NCBI GenBank assembly: GCA_026025075.1
Contig: JAPEUI010000134.1
Location: forward strand, 1-40,513
Length of the DNA stretch: 40,513 nucleotides
Direction: 5' to 3'
DNA from: Vezdaea acicularis
Taxonomy: Eukaryota
Shown here: positions 24,610 through 37,294 of the stretch, piece by piece
Layout of the letters: every line of letters starts with the position of its first letter
Numbering within the stretch: position 1 is the first letter of the stretch
Notes under the pieces: model-generated
The model's input: only the letters and a program-made list of their open reading frames with translations
The model's database searches: none
What the model was told of the DNA's origin: nothing
Made by a program: the position numbers and the translations under genes

Positions 24610-26214
24610 TTATTCCTCCATCTTGGTGCCCCCTTCCTCAGGCATCTTTCCCATATGCTTTAACAAAAAACTCCTTTTGAAATATGTGTTTGGATGTACA
24701 ATCGTATCCAAATCCGCCTTGCTCATTATGCCCTCATCCGTGACCTTTCTGATCTCTCCCTTATGCGCATACTCGAAGACGCGGTTACACGCAATGTGGA
24801 AGCGGCTCTTCTCCACATCTTCTTTCACCCCCCTCAATACATCTCTGTCGCTGACACCAGTCGCTTGCAGCAACGCCGTCAAGTTCTCGATACTGAAATG
24901 CCTATATGGACAGCCGTGCACTTCGCCAGGCCCAGGCGGGTGCTCCGTCAGGATCTTCTGGCACGAGTATGGGGGATAGCCGCGCCCGCGACGGTTTGCA
25001 TCTCCGCCAACATCACCGTAACTGTGCCGCACATTATAGCGGTATTCCTTGTTGAAGACATCGTCGGTTATCTTCGAGAAGGACTGGCGCCAGAAAGTAA
25101 GGCAGTCTTCCATTGTCATGCCAATCCCCTTTAGAAACAGTGTGTACTGCAACCGACCAAAGTGTTTTAAATGCGAGTTCTTTCGAAGCTGTATGTGTAG
25201 GTTCTTCATGCAGAGTGGAAAGTGCTGCGAGAGGACGTCTATATTGTGAGCGTTGATTTGGGAGCCATCCACGGCACTGTCGGAACCTGAGAGCTCGGCG
25301 GGCGTAGAGAAGTTCTTAGAAAGATGGTCTAGAATGGGGCTCAAACGATCATCTTCGTCAAGGCGGGGGAGGGCGCGAGAAGTCAACTATGTGCGTTAGA
25401 GTACGTTTAAGGCTTTGGGGAAAGGATGAAGTACTTCTAGTCCCTTTTCGAGGCGGGCGGAGAATTCTGCAAGCACCATGCTCAACTGTTCCCGTATGGG
25501 AACATATGCCTTTCCTCGCTTCAAGAGTACTCTTCTGCTTTCGACGAGCTCCGGCACTCTCTCCCAGTCAACTTTGAACCAACTCTCGTCCTCAATTCTC
25601 CGGACACCTGGAGTACTCGCCAGAAGTTCGGAACCAAGTCCGCGCTTCTCATCCTCAGTGACGATATCCCAGTCAAAATTTAGGCTTTGAACGAACTCAG
25701 AGCGCTCTCTTGTATCATCTTGCTGAAACCGAAGTCTGAATAGAGCCGTCTCTACTCGCGCAAATCGCCGCCGTAAATCTTCTGTAGAGGAGAAAGCCAG
25801 TCGAAGGATGAAATGAGAGTAGTGGTCTTTTTGACGCTCGGAGAAGAGCAGGGATGAGGAGGAGCTATTACTACTAAGAGGTAGGTACTTTTCGAGTAAT
25901 GGCCTGATATACGATTCTGTTTCCGCGGGTGTCTTGTTGCGGAAAGAACAGGTCTCAAGTTCTCCCAGAACTGTGATAGGATAAGCCTTCTTCCTGTTAC
26001 GTATTAGGAGAAGTCAATTCATACTCCTCAGACGATCAATAGCCCATTGCTCAAATTGCTCCAAGGTAATCTCCGCTGTTGGCGGAGTCTCGTAGAAGTT
26101 CAGTCTATGCGGATAACTGTTACTTGTAAAATCAGGAGTCGCAAACTGCTTCTTCTTATGATCTATGGTCGTCCGCCGCTTTGAGTCGATACGATTCTGA
26201 TCTTGTCGGATCAT
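24610..26214 (-). CDS. pri2: DNA primase large subunit, 3 exons
   Basis: RLNFYETPPTAEITLEQFEQWAIDRLR, KDHYSHFILRLAF, HFPLCM, HLKHFGRLQYTLFLKGIG, YNVRHSYG, YSCQKI, HGCPY and HIACNRVF (four Fe-S Cys), HPNTYF. Introns at about 26024-25971 and 25434-25387. Confidence 0.97.
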
Positions 26215-26267
26215 ATTTGCGAAGTTGTAAATATCGAATATTTTGTGGTTATGGCACGCATGGGGGG

Positions 26268-26300
26268 AAGACGCGAATGCTCGGAGGAGACGCGACGCGC
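26268..26300. promoter_or_regulatory. Cluster of MCB-like ACGCG elements upstream of pri2
   Basis: aagACGCGaa...GAGACGCGACGCGc: three ACGCG cores 55-85 bp from the pri2 ATG. Confidence 0.65.
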
Positions 26301-26406
26301 TAAATTGGGCCGATCACGATCCCTGCCACCAACCGAATTTCCGCATTAGGTAGTATTCGAGAAAGTCTCGGGCGTCGCAAATCGTACGCACTATACTATA
26401 TCACAG

Positions 26407-27416
26407 ATGGGCCCCTTTTCCCGAGGTCTGACCCAGCACAAGTTCTGCGTAAGACCAATTCAGCTACGCTCAACAAAGATCAGCACGTTGATCTCCTCCA
26501 TCCATTGTTATGGTCGGAGGTTCTCTATTGGAGCTTCGCTCCTTGCGAAAAGCACAACCAAGCCAGTGAGCACGAGGTCACCAAGCAAAGTACCAGGCAA
26601 GCGCATTGCCGCAAAACCGACGAGAAAGCCTGGAATTCAGTCTCATACAATCCGGCATGAATACAAGACATTTGGTGAATCGCTAGCATCCAAATCTGAA
26701 TCGACATTGTTGTACAAAGCTCCACCTCACGGTTCTATTCGATTTATAAGCTATTCGACTGGCATTTTCTTGTTGGGAGTCGCAGGCTTCAGCTTTATAG
26801 CTCACTATGTGGACCCTCCCAAGGATTTACCAGTATGGGTCAGCGGAGCATGGGCTGGTATCTGCTTTGCCCTGTCGGGAATGGCGGGATGGTTCTTTCT
26901 TGGGTCTATAAGGTGTGTTCTAGAGTAGTTGATTAATTCCGATTATAGGCTGACATTCTCTCAAGACTCATCAGTAGCATTACTGCCATCCCCATCAAGG
27001 TGAAGGGATCTCCCCCTGGCCTGCAGCTTCGGATAGAGGTCCGACGCGCCATTCCTATTCCTTTCCTCAAGCCACGAATACTCAGTGTAGACCCACAGAG
27101 TATATCTCTTTCAGCCCGCTTACATGACCCCCTCATGGTTGAATACAGGCGTGAGAAGGAATGGGAGGAAGAGAGGATACGAGAACTGGATCGGAGGAGC
27201 CGTTTGACTGCTCCATTCAGGCATTTCAGTTACGGTAGCTGGAAAGTCATGGGGGCTTTTAAACGGGTTTGGTTCAGGCACAACTTCATCAGCTTGAGTA
27301 TTGAAGATAGAACTGGTGTTTGGAAGATTGACCAGGAAGGAGGCTACATGTTAGATGATGGTAGGGCTATGGATCGCCTCGTCAAGTTAAGGCCAGACGC
27401 ACAGCTAAAGGCCTGA
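26407..27416 (+). CDS. Uncharacterised protein, predicted mitochondrial, two TM segments, 2 exons
   Basis: R/K/S-rich, acid-free N-terminus; TLLYKAP followed by two hydrophobic helices. Intron 26913-26965 (GTGTGT..GCTGAC..AAG) joins the two ORFs in frame (IRLISSITAIP). Confidence 0.75.
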
Positions 27417-27777
27417 TAATACGTGCCGAAAGCGTACCTGTGGAGTGTGTTGAAATGGGGACTGGTCATCTGTCTGCTGATTTCCTGGTCGCCTTTGTCT
27501 TATCTTTGAGACCTCGATGACATATTCCACGTGATGTAGTCAGGCCCGTTTTATCCCGTGCTTCTCCGAGCTACTCCACTGGCTAGTTTCCGAGGCAGCT
27601 TTCAACCCGCAGATCTTTTGTCAACACATCCGCGAAGAACCACAAAGCTCAAAAGATATCCCCTACGTCCTCAAAGTCCTACAAGCAGCTCCCCACTTGT
27701 CATTAAATATGCTCTCGTAGAGTTCACTGTTCCTCATCTTCGTCGCAATGCGCGCATAGTATATCCAAGCTTGCATC

Positions 27778-29482
27778 ATGTCGGAACCAATACCAATACC
27801 AAAGTCCAAGTCGACGTCTGCAGTTGATGGTACCGGTCTACCACTGCCAGACGTAAGCCGCTCTCCTGCAGAGTCTACGTCGACCGCCGGGGGCACATCT
27901 TCTCCATCGGGGCTCAAGACACCCAAGAGCTCATCCTCATCTCCCTCGAGTCCTAATCTCTCTGGCCTGTCGCGGAACCCCTCGTTCTCAGGCAGCAATA
28001 ATTTGAATCTCGACGAGTACGACCAGTTTCCCCCTCTCGACCGTCTTACAGTATTCGACCTTCTGGATAACCTCGCCTTACCTCAACGACTTGAGAAACT
28101 CCAGAACACGATCTCGGCGCAGACAGAGGCGGTCCGGCGTCAACAACAGAAGTTGAAGAAGCAAAGTATTAATGCGAAAGATCGAGTAGTGGAGGAATGG
28201 CGTCGGCGACTCCCTCCTCCGGACGAACAGCTGGAAAAGTACCGCAAGCGGATGCGAGAGAATGTCGACCAGCTGGGCAAGAGATGGAATGATACAAAAG
28301 CCGTCACAAGCAGAGAGAAAGCGTCGTTCATTGCGGGCGTTCTCAATATCTTCGTCAGCGCATACCTGATCGGCGCTGTCCCGCAATACTTCTATATCTG
28401 GTACACCGCGCAGTTGGCCTACTTCATGCCCATCCGATACTACACGTACCATGCGAAGGGCTACCACTACTTTCTCGCCGACCTCTGCTACTTCGTCAAT
28501 CTGCTTCTCATGCTTGTAATCTGGGCCTTCCCGAACTCAAAGCGCCTCTTCATAAGCACCTACTGCCTTGCGTACGGTAACAATGCCGTCGCCATTGCCA
28601 TGTGGCGGAACTCGATGGTTTTCCACTCGCTCGACAAAGTAACCAGGTAGCTCCTCTCACCTTCCCTTACTCCCTCTCCCCGTTCCTTTCCCTGCTGCCA
28701 GGCCAACCTTATTGACATACACCCCTAGTCTCTTCATCCACATCATGCCCCCCGTCACACTCCACTGCATGGTCCACCTCGTCACCCCGGCCTTCCAGCA
28801 AGCGCGCTTCCCCGCCATCTACGCCATCCGCTTCTCCCCCACCTCCAGCCCAGAGCACTACTCGCTGCCCTCCATGATCCTCTGGGCCACCTGCCCCTAC
28901 CTCGTGTGGCAACTAGGCTACCACCTCCTCATCACCGTGCGGCGCCGCGAGAAAATCGCCGCCGGCCGCCCCACCTCCTTCACCTGGCTGCGCCGCTCCT
29001 ACTCCAAAAACTGGATCGGCCGCATCGTGCTCTCCCTCCCCGCCTCCCTCCAAGAACCCGCCTTCATGCTCATCCAGTACACCTACGCCGTCCTCACCAT
29101 GCTGCCCTGCCCCCTCTGGTTCTGGTCCCGCTGGGCCTCCGCCTCCTTCCTCCTCGCCGTCTTCGTCTGGAGTGTCTATAACGGCGCGACGTACTATATC
29201 GACGTCTTTGGAACGCGGTTTCAGAAGGAGCTCGAGGCGCTTAAGCGCGATGTCGCCAAGTGGCAGACGAGCCCGGATGTCATGACGAGTCCGCTGCTGA
29301 CGCCACGTGCGGAGGGCGGCATCAGCGCGCTGGCTACTGCGGCGGCGGAGGCGGACGCCGAGGCGGGCTTTAAGCGTAGTGCGAGTATTGATCGTATCCC
29401 GCCGTTGGATGAACGGCCGGCGGCGACGACGGGCCTGGATGCGGGGAGTGGGGTCGGGGATGCGCTTAGGGAGCGGAAGTGA
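27778..29482 (+). CDS. gpc1: Glycerophosphocholine acyltransferase Gpc1 (DUF2838 family), 2 exons
   Basis: FPPLDRLTVFDLLDNL, GYHYFLADLCYFVN, AIAMWRNSMVFHSLDKVT|SLFIHIMPP across intron 28647-28728, GRPTSFTWL and YNGATYYIDVFG. Confidence 0.88.
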
Positions 29483-29749
29483 AGGAGTGGGGGAGACGTT
29501 TGCACGAGCAAGCTACAGCACTTTTGTTTACGGCCGCATCAGCGAGAATGTGTTGGTTCAAGAGGGCGTTTGTTTGGAGGCGGCTTGATATCTATTTGCT
29601 ACCTGTGATTCATAGCATGATGCCCTCATATAGGGGGGGTGATAGTAGCGGGCTTTGTTGGGTAGTATGTTTTGAGCGCACTATACAAGCTTCGATCTAT
29701 ATACATCATCCCAGCCTCAGAGATATACACCATCTCGACTAGTAATCAT

Positions 29750-31679
29750 CTAATCAACAAAGATCTTCTTCTCCAGCTCGGCGTAGTGCTCGAAGAAGCT
29801 TCGGAACAAGCTGACCGCATAGACAACGTCGTCTGTCCCGCCACACTCGCGGATGCTGTGCATGCTCAACTGCGGGTTTCCCAGATCCAGCGTGCGGGTG
29901 CCGAGCGCGGCCGAGAGCATGGGGCCGATGGTGCTCCCGCACGAGGAGTCGTTGCGGACGACAAAGAGCTGGAGGGGCACGCCCTCGACGGATTTTTCTT
30001 CGGACAGGTAGGAGGCGCGTCGGGCGGCTTCTTGGAGGAGGACGATGCCGGGGGAGTTGGTGGCGTAGCGGGCGTTGGCGTTGATCTTGATGACGGTGCC
30101 TTTGTTCATTTTCGGTCGGTGCTCGTCCTCGTATTTGGCGGGATAGTTCGGGTGGACGGAGTGCGCCATGTCGGCGGAGATGAGGAAGGAGGTGGAGAGG
30201 GTTTGTTCGTAGGCGGTGTTGAGGTCGCCGCCGATCGTGTCCCAAGAGCCGTCTGACGGGGTGTCGAATAGCGACGGTATGATTGAGAGGCGCTTCAGGA
30301 CGGCGGGGAGTAGGTTGGAGTCGGCCCCCTGAGCGGTCTGGCTGCCAATCTCTTCGTGGTCGAAAAGTGATATCAGGCGGATTGTGGGATCATCATACAG
30401 TGCGTCTGAGGCAGTGAGTGACTCTATGAGCGCTTTTGTGCTGCAGTATGACATGCCAAGGTTGTCAAGTCTGGCTGAAAAGATGAATTCATCGTGGAGA
30501 CCGCCTCTTGTGGCTTTCTGCGTATCATATAATACAATCTCGAAATCAACAATGTCAGCTACCTGCACTCCGGCCTCACGCGCGATTAATTCTAAGATAA
30601 AGGGGTCGTGTCGCTCTGTGATTGCAGTGAGTGGGCGGAAGGGGCCGTCTCCCTCATCCTCTGCCTCTTTCTCAACCGGGAGGTTTAGTTTCGCTGCTAC
30701 TAGACCTGCAATTGGGAGTAATTGAGTCTCCTTATTGAAAGAGAATGTCTCTTGGCGGTCAAGATGGATTGCAAGCGTCGGTATTCTCAGGACTGGAAGA
30801 GGCTCTTATAAGCGGATGATTATGAACCGCGGGGGAGGAGGGAACAAACTTGGCCGGTCAAACTTTACTAGCTTCTGTATGAATGTCCCGTCTTCAACTT
30901 TGACCATCACTCGTCCGGCCACGCTAAGATCTCGGTCAAACCCTGGATTTGGCGTCAGTATCTAGAATCCCGGTGATAGTGCGAGCAATGTAGACTGTAC
31001 AAGTATGCCATATTCCACCGCCATAAGTCTCCACGCCGACCTGAATGAATCCCTCGCTTTTTTTCTTGCTGACAGGTTTGATGCGTAGACATGGAGAGTC
31101 TGTATGTGCACCAATCATAGCAACGGAGTTGCCAGGCTATGTGAAAGATGAATATTAAGCTATGAGATCCTCCTCGAAGCAAGCCAAAAAAATTACCACG
31201 TACCTTCCATTTCATGCCAATTGCAAAGGCCACGATTGAGGATCCATTGCGGGTCAGATAATATTTCCCACCCGGTTGCAAACTCGAGGACCACGGATCG
31301 CGCTCCTATTTCGTATCAGTGACCTAACCGAGACCAATCCCAATTGAAGCTTCTGACTTTGATTTCTTTGAATCCGGCCCCAACGAGCCGTTCCTTGGTA
31401 GACCGAACAGCGTGGAAGGCTAATTGGACGTCAGCGGACCCAATCCGAGACCATTGACCAACAATGTCACCCACGAGTCGGTGATGCATTGATGTATGCT
31501 AGGAAGTCTTCTACGACGGATTGTGTATTGTCTGGCACATGAGTCCGCATATTTACAATTGTCCTTCCGCGATGACCTGTGAGTCTAAACAGGCAAGCAG
31601 ACGAAGCAGCAGAGCTAGCAATGGGAATTCGGTGAAGATGAAGTCGACGTGGAAGAGACCCAATCAGTCCCGAGGGCAT
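29750..31679 (-). CDS. ape4: Aspartyl aminopeptidase (peptidase M18), 6 exons; alternative starts 31679 and 31550
   Basis: [103 protein letters not shown] and QLSMHSIRE. Five GT-AG introns lie between about 31475 and 30793. Confidence 0.95.
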
Positions 31680-32871
31680 CGATCGAATAGTCTCACAGCG
31701 TTTATGGTACAAAGCTCATGTAGCTCTTTGAAGTTCAGTTCTACTGTGTGTGTAACGTTCGCCTGTGGTGACTGAATGGAGAGGGCTTCCTTCCCCGCGC
31801 TAAAAATCGATTGGCTGGCGGCCGCCGTCGCGGCTTTGGGGGTTCGTGGGCCCCCCTGTGCAATTTGACATGATTGGGGATGCGCCCGCGCCAGGCACAC
31901 GTGCCCTGCCATCGCCTGCCATCAGGGCCGTCGCGCCTAAGCTCGGGCTAACGCCGCCCGCTGGAAGCAGCAGTGCGCTCTCCCCTTTCAGCCATTGTTT
32001 ACCCGGCGAGGGGCCCCCTCGCTGTACAAACGCGCGTGTTTTCTTGAAACTTTTGCGTCGCCAGGCCCATGACGCGACCCTGTTGATGATTGCGACCGCG
32101 ACGTGACCGCCGAGCTTGATACACTGGCCGGCTGCTCCTGTTGATGGAGGACTGCTTGACTTCTTGAACTTCTCGACTTCTCTTCGTGACTCTCACCACG
32201 TCCAGCGCTGTCAAATCCGGCCTCCGCCTTATCTTCGTCGCCGCTGCCCGGGGAACCAGCGTGTGTTTAATCGCCCATTACGCGGTACGACCAATCGAGT
32301 TAAGCGGCCTTGGGGGGTGCTCGTGCCGTCGGAAAAGTCGAGATCGCTTCGTGGTGCGGGTGCGGTGCGTTGCCGACTCCCCTTGTTAGTGAAAGCCACA
32401 ATCATTCACCTCGCCCATTCCGCCCTCACGACTGCCCGCTGTCGTTCTCAACAATCGCATACCGCTGCCAACACCATATCATCATACGATTCTCGAGGAG
32501 GAAAGAGGGATTCGACACGATTCAAGGGTCTGGCGTTGCATGGTCGCACCCATCAAATCGAGGTGGTTGGATATTTCCGCCATCACACCACTTGCATTGC
32601 ACTCGACGGATCGGCCTCATTCGTTTGGACCAACAACACGAATCCCGACTCGCGCTCTTTAGAAGGCGAATTGCAATTGCCCTTAGAATCTCCAGAATAA
32701 CAGAAGGAACTTGCTGGACCTCTTTCGACCGAGTTTGCTCAGATAAAACTACGCGGAGGCAATCTTCTTCTGGCAACATCAAAAGCTGTTCTCGGTTCCA
32801 TTATAATTACCAGATGGGACACCCCTAATATACATCTCTCAGAAAGTCGCCTCGACTACTCTTCCTCAGCA

Positions 32872-34798
32872 ATGGATATTCCATCCGATCACCCTAGAAC
32901 CCCAGCTCTGGCTTCTCCCCCAAGGACCTCGACGCCCCCACTGCAATCGGATCGGACGGGAAATCGAAGTAATGCGAACATCGGGAATGCATCTGAGCAT
33001 CAAAAGGGTTCGAGAGCCGTTAATCCGGATCAATTGACCAGGGCATTGCAGAACGTCGAGGGCGGGGCAAGGCAGACCGATCGAACGCCGGCCGGAAGTC
33101 CAACGAGGAAGCGCCAAAGAGTATACGGGGACAGGTGGGTTGCATCCGAGTCTCTCGACTCTACAAAGCCTGACATGTTGATATCTAGATTCATCCCAAA
33201 TCGAGATGGCCAAGACCTACAGGCCAGCTTCAGCTTACTTCATGACGACGGTTCACCCGCAACGCCTACAAAGGCAAAGAAGCGGACACCACATGGTGAC
33301 CTCCATTTCCAAAGGAGTACGTGCCTATTTGTTTTCCCAATCTTGCTATAGCAATATGAGAGAGTACTAATGTTTATGTGATTGCAGCCGAGGAAGCAAA
33401 TCGGACATTTTCTACATTACTGAGATCTGAGATCTTCGATTCTGCGATCCCCCAACAAACGCCCCCAACTCTGTCCCCCGACCCAACTCTACCGCCATCA
33501 TCACACTCCACACATATTAATGGCGCTACTTCCTCCCGAACGCCTCCAACGAATGGAAATTCAATGCTTGCCCCAGGATCTCTCACTCCATCAACTCCAC
33601 ACAAAAACCTATTCACCTTCATGTCTCCTCGCCATCATACAACTATACCCGGACATCCAACACCCTCTCGTACTCCTCAGAGCCGGCACGGTCCGAACTT
33701 AAACACTAGATCCGAGATATATAGTTTATCACCAGTCAAATTTGACAGCCAGCGCATGTTACTGAGTCCTAGAAAAGCGCCACGAGCAGTCAGTAAGGTT
33801 CCATATAAGGTTCTTGACGCGCCAGAATTGGCGGACGATTTCTACCTGAACTTAGTGGATTGGGGTAGTAGTGATGTGCTTGGTGTTGGTCTGGGCAGTT
33901 GTGTCTACATGTGGAATTCAAAGTCAGGCAGAGTCACAAAACTCTGCGATCTACAGGACGACATTGTGACCTCGGTGAATTGGATTCAGAGGGTAAGCAT
34001 TTTCACTCAAAATCTCCGAAGATCAATACTCATACCTCACTTTAGGGCTCGCACATCTCAATTGGAACGAACAAAGGCTATGTTCAGATTTGGGATGCAG
34101 AACGATGTCGGCGTCTACGAACTATGACTGGCCATACCGCTCGCGTTGGGGCTTTGGCCTGGAATGATCACATTTTGACTTCTGGCTCTCGAGACAGATC
34201 TATATTCCACAGAGATGTTCGGCAGCCTCAACAATACCTTCGAAAGCTCGTTGGACACAAACAGGAGGTCTGCGGCCTGAAGTGGAATGGCGAAGATGGC
34301 CAATTGGCCTCTGGTGGAAACGACAATAAGTTGATGATATGGGACAAATTATCAGAGACGCCTCTTTGGAAATTCAGCGACCACACCGCCGCGGTCAAGG
34401 CTATTGCTTGGTCTCCCCATCAACAAGGATTGCTAGCATCAGGCGGTGGAACTGCAGATCGCCGGATAAAGTTCTGGAATACCATCACCGGAACGGCCAT
34501 CAACGAAATTGATACAGGGTCGCAAGTCTGCAATTTGGCTTGGTCGAAGAACTCGAACGAGATTGTGTCGACCCATGGTTACAGTCAAAATCAGATTGTA
34601 GTCTGGAAGTATCCAAGTATGCAGCAGGTCGTCAGTCTGACGGGACACACATTCCGTGTGTTGTATCTTGCAATGTCTCCCGATGGTAGGACCATTGTTA
34701 CCGGAGCTGGAGACGAGACACTTCGGTTTTGGAATGCATTTGGCAAGAAGGATGGTGGAAGGAGGGAAGGGGTTGAAAGCTGGGGCGTAATTCGCTGA
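32872..34798 (+). CDS. cdh1: APC/C co-activator Cdh1/Fzr (WD40), 4 exons
   Basis: C-box DRFIPNR formed by splicing intron 33135-33188; VPYKVLDAPELADDFYLNLVDW, GHKQEVCGLKW, LASGGNDN, LASGGGTADR, DTGSQVCNL and GAGDETLRFW; C-terminal IR tail; many SP/TP sites. Other introns at about 33317-33387 and 33993-34045. Confidence 0.95.
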
Positions 34799-35221
34799 TC
34801 ATTTCTCCTCCATATTGCATTTCACGAGCATTTCAGGGCTTTCTCGGATCTTTTGATCTTCATTAGGGCTGCATAGCGGGGCTGGCTGGTTGATCTCTCT
34901 TCATGATGATAGCGAGCGTGCTTTGCACAAGCGGCATATGGCTTTATATGCATATGAGCAGGTCTGTTTTCGATCTAGAATAGGCTCAATCAATCTCCAA
35001 TGATGAAACTCAAATGAATTCTAAGATGTTTTGGAGACTATTCAAATCATGTCAAGGGAAAGTAGTTTTAGTGTTGTGACCTGGATCGACCCAATGGCTT
35101 GGCATCTCGGCTTCCTGTCGTTACCGATCTCCGGCCATATCTTGAAAATGATGTTTGTGCAATTTCACTTGATGGCCTGAGCCATTCCCCTCAAACCAAC
35201 AATCAACTGCTGAACTTCAGC

Positions 35222-37294
35222 ATGGATCTCAAAGACGCCGAGGAGTCGCCCTGGGGTGGTAAGTGGACTGGTCCTTGCTTAGGACTTAATCATACTATCT
35301 GCTAATTCTGCCTGCAGACGTGCCTACGCGGACAACCTCGAACACCCTGCCCGAAGCTCCAGAGGCCAAAGCATTCGAAGATGCAGGTGTGTACTGGCAG
35401 TTGTGACGCCATATATAAGCTTTCAAGTAAACTAACTCCTCCTTAGAGTCTTCTTCAAAGCCCAAACCAGACCCTCAACTAGATGCGTCGTCATCCGAAC
35501 GGAAACCGTCTGCCACACGTGCATCGCGGACCCCGCGAAGAGTCGGCGCACAGCCCACGCGTCTTGAAGCAGTGGACGACCCTCTAGGTCCGCTAGGTGC
35601 TTCTGGAGACAGTCTAGACATTCCAGCTCCAGTAGCAGTGGATCGCCCGCCAGCCCCGCCCTTGAAAGAACAGACCCCAATCCGAACCAACAGTCGACCC
35701 ACCACATCGGCATCTCAAAACTCGAAAGATTGGGGGTTCTTAGATTCTGCACATCTGGCAAATGAGGCCGGCCCGGGTGCTGATAGACTGCCCAAGTCGC
35801 CGCTACTGCCAGTGGGTACGGAACGGCAGACACCGCGGAGCATATCGCTTGAACAAGCTGCAAATCCTAAGTTTGATATCACAGTTGGGGATCCGCATAA
35901 GGTCGGAGACATGACAAGTTCTCATATAGTTTACCAAGTGCGAACAAAGGTGAGGGAACTTTGCGAGAGACATGAAAACTCAACTGGCAAGCTAATTTAT
36001 ACTGTCCAGACCACGTCAAAAGCATACAAACAACCCGAATTTGCCGTCACTCGGAGATATCGAGACTTTCTATGGCTTTACAATACATTGCACAGCAATA
36101 ATCCAGGTGTGGTCGTACCACCACCTCCGGAGAAGCAAGCTGTCGGAAGATTTGATACCAATTTTGTGGAATCGCGGCGATCCGCATTAGAGCGTATGCT
36201 TAACAAAACGGCCGCCCACCCGATCCTCCAACATGACGGCGACCTCAAGCTATTCCTCGAAAGCGAAGCCTTCAATGTCGACATCAAAAACAAAGAACGC
36301 AAGGAACCAGGTCTCGGCGAGAGCAAAGGCATGTTCGGATCGATCGGAGGCGCCTTCTCGGTAACGACAGGCAACAAATTTATTGAGCACGATGATGTGA
36401 GTCTTATCAAGGTGAGCAGTTGGACTGAAGCTTATCGCGCGCAGTGGTTCCACGACAAGAAAATCTACCTAGATGCCCTTGAGAACCAGTTGAAGGCGCT
36501 TCTGAAGGCCGTGGACATGGTTGTCAAGCAGCGCAAGGAGCTGTCGGAGGCTGCGGGCGATTTCTCGGCGAGTCTGCACGCGCTCAGTACCGTCGAGCTG
36601 AGCCAGAGTCTGAGTGAACCGCTGGCGGGACTGTCGGATCTGCAGCTCAGGATCAGAGAGCTGTATGAGCGTCAGGCTCAGCAGGATGTGCTCACGCTGG
36701 GTATCACCGTGGACGAGTATATCCGCTTGATCGGCAGTATCAAGCAGGCCTTCTCGCAGCGGCAGAAGGCGTTTCATACCTGGCATTCGGCGGAGGGCGA
36801 GATGCAGAAGCGGAAGGCAAATCAGGACAAGCTGCTGCGCCAAGGGAAGACACAGCAGGATCGGCTGAACCAGCTCAACGCCGATGTGGCCGACGCTGAG
36901 CGGAAGGTGCATCAGGCACGGTTGACCTTCGAAGATATGGGCCGTTTGATGAGGGGAGAGCTCGAGCGATTCGAGCGGGAGAAAGTCGAGGACTTTAAAA
37001 GTGGAGTCGAGACATTTTTGGAGAGTGCAGTAGAAGCGCAGAAGGAAGTAAGTTGCCCCTTTCTTCCCCGCTTCAAGGACGCCGCATCAAAGCTAATCTC
37101 ACGTGCAGCTGATCGAGCTCTGGGAGACTTATCTCATGCAACTCGACGCCGAGGAGAACGGCGAACCCTTCTACAAGACATCCGCCGTTCCTGCCACGCC
37201 GGCTGCGCCGTCACAAGCGCCGAAACCAGCGGCTGGGGAAGAGGAGAGTCCTGAGCCTGCAAAGGCTAGCGCGGAGAGCTACGATACGGAGTAA
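35222..37294 (+). CDS. vps5: Retromer SNX-BAR sorting nexin Vps5, 6 exons
   Basis: MDL..ESPWG start and DDPLGPLG; PX domain (ITVGDPHKVGD, VTRRYRDFLWLY, PPPPEKQAVGRF); BAR domain ending VETFLESAVEAQKE|LIELWETY. Introns 35259-35317, about 35387-35446, 35950-36009, 36397-36444 and 37048-37108. Confidence 0.95.
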
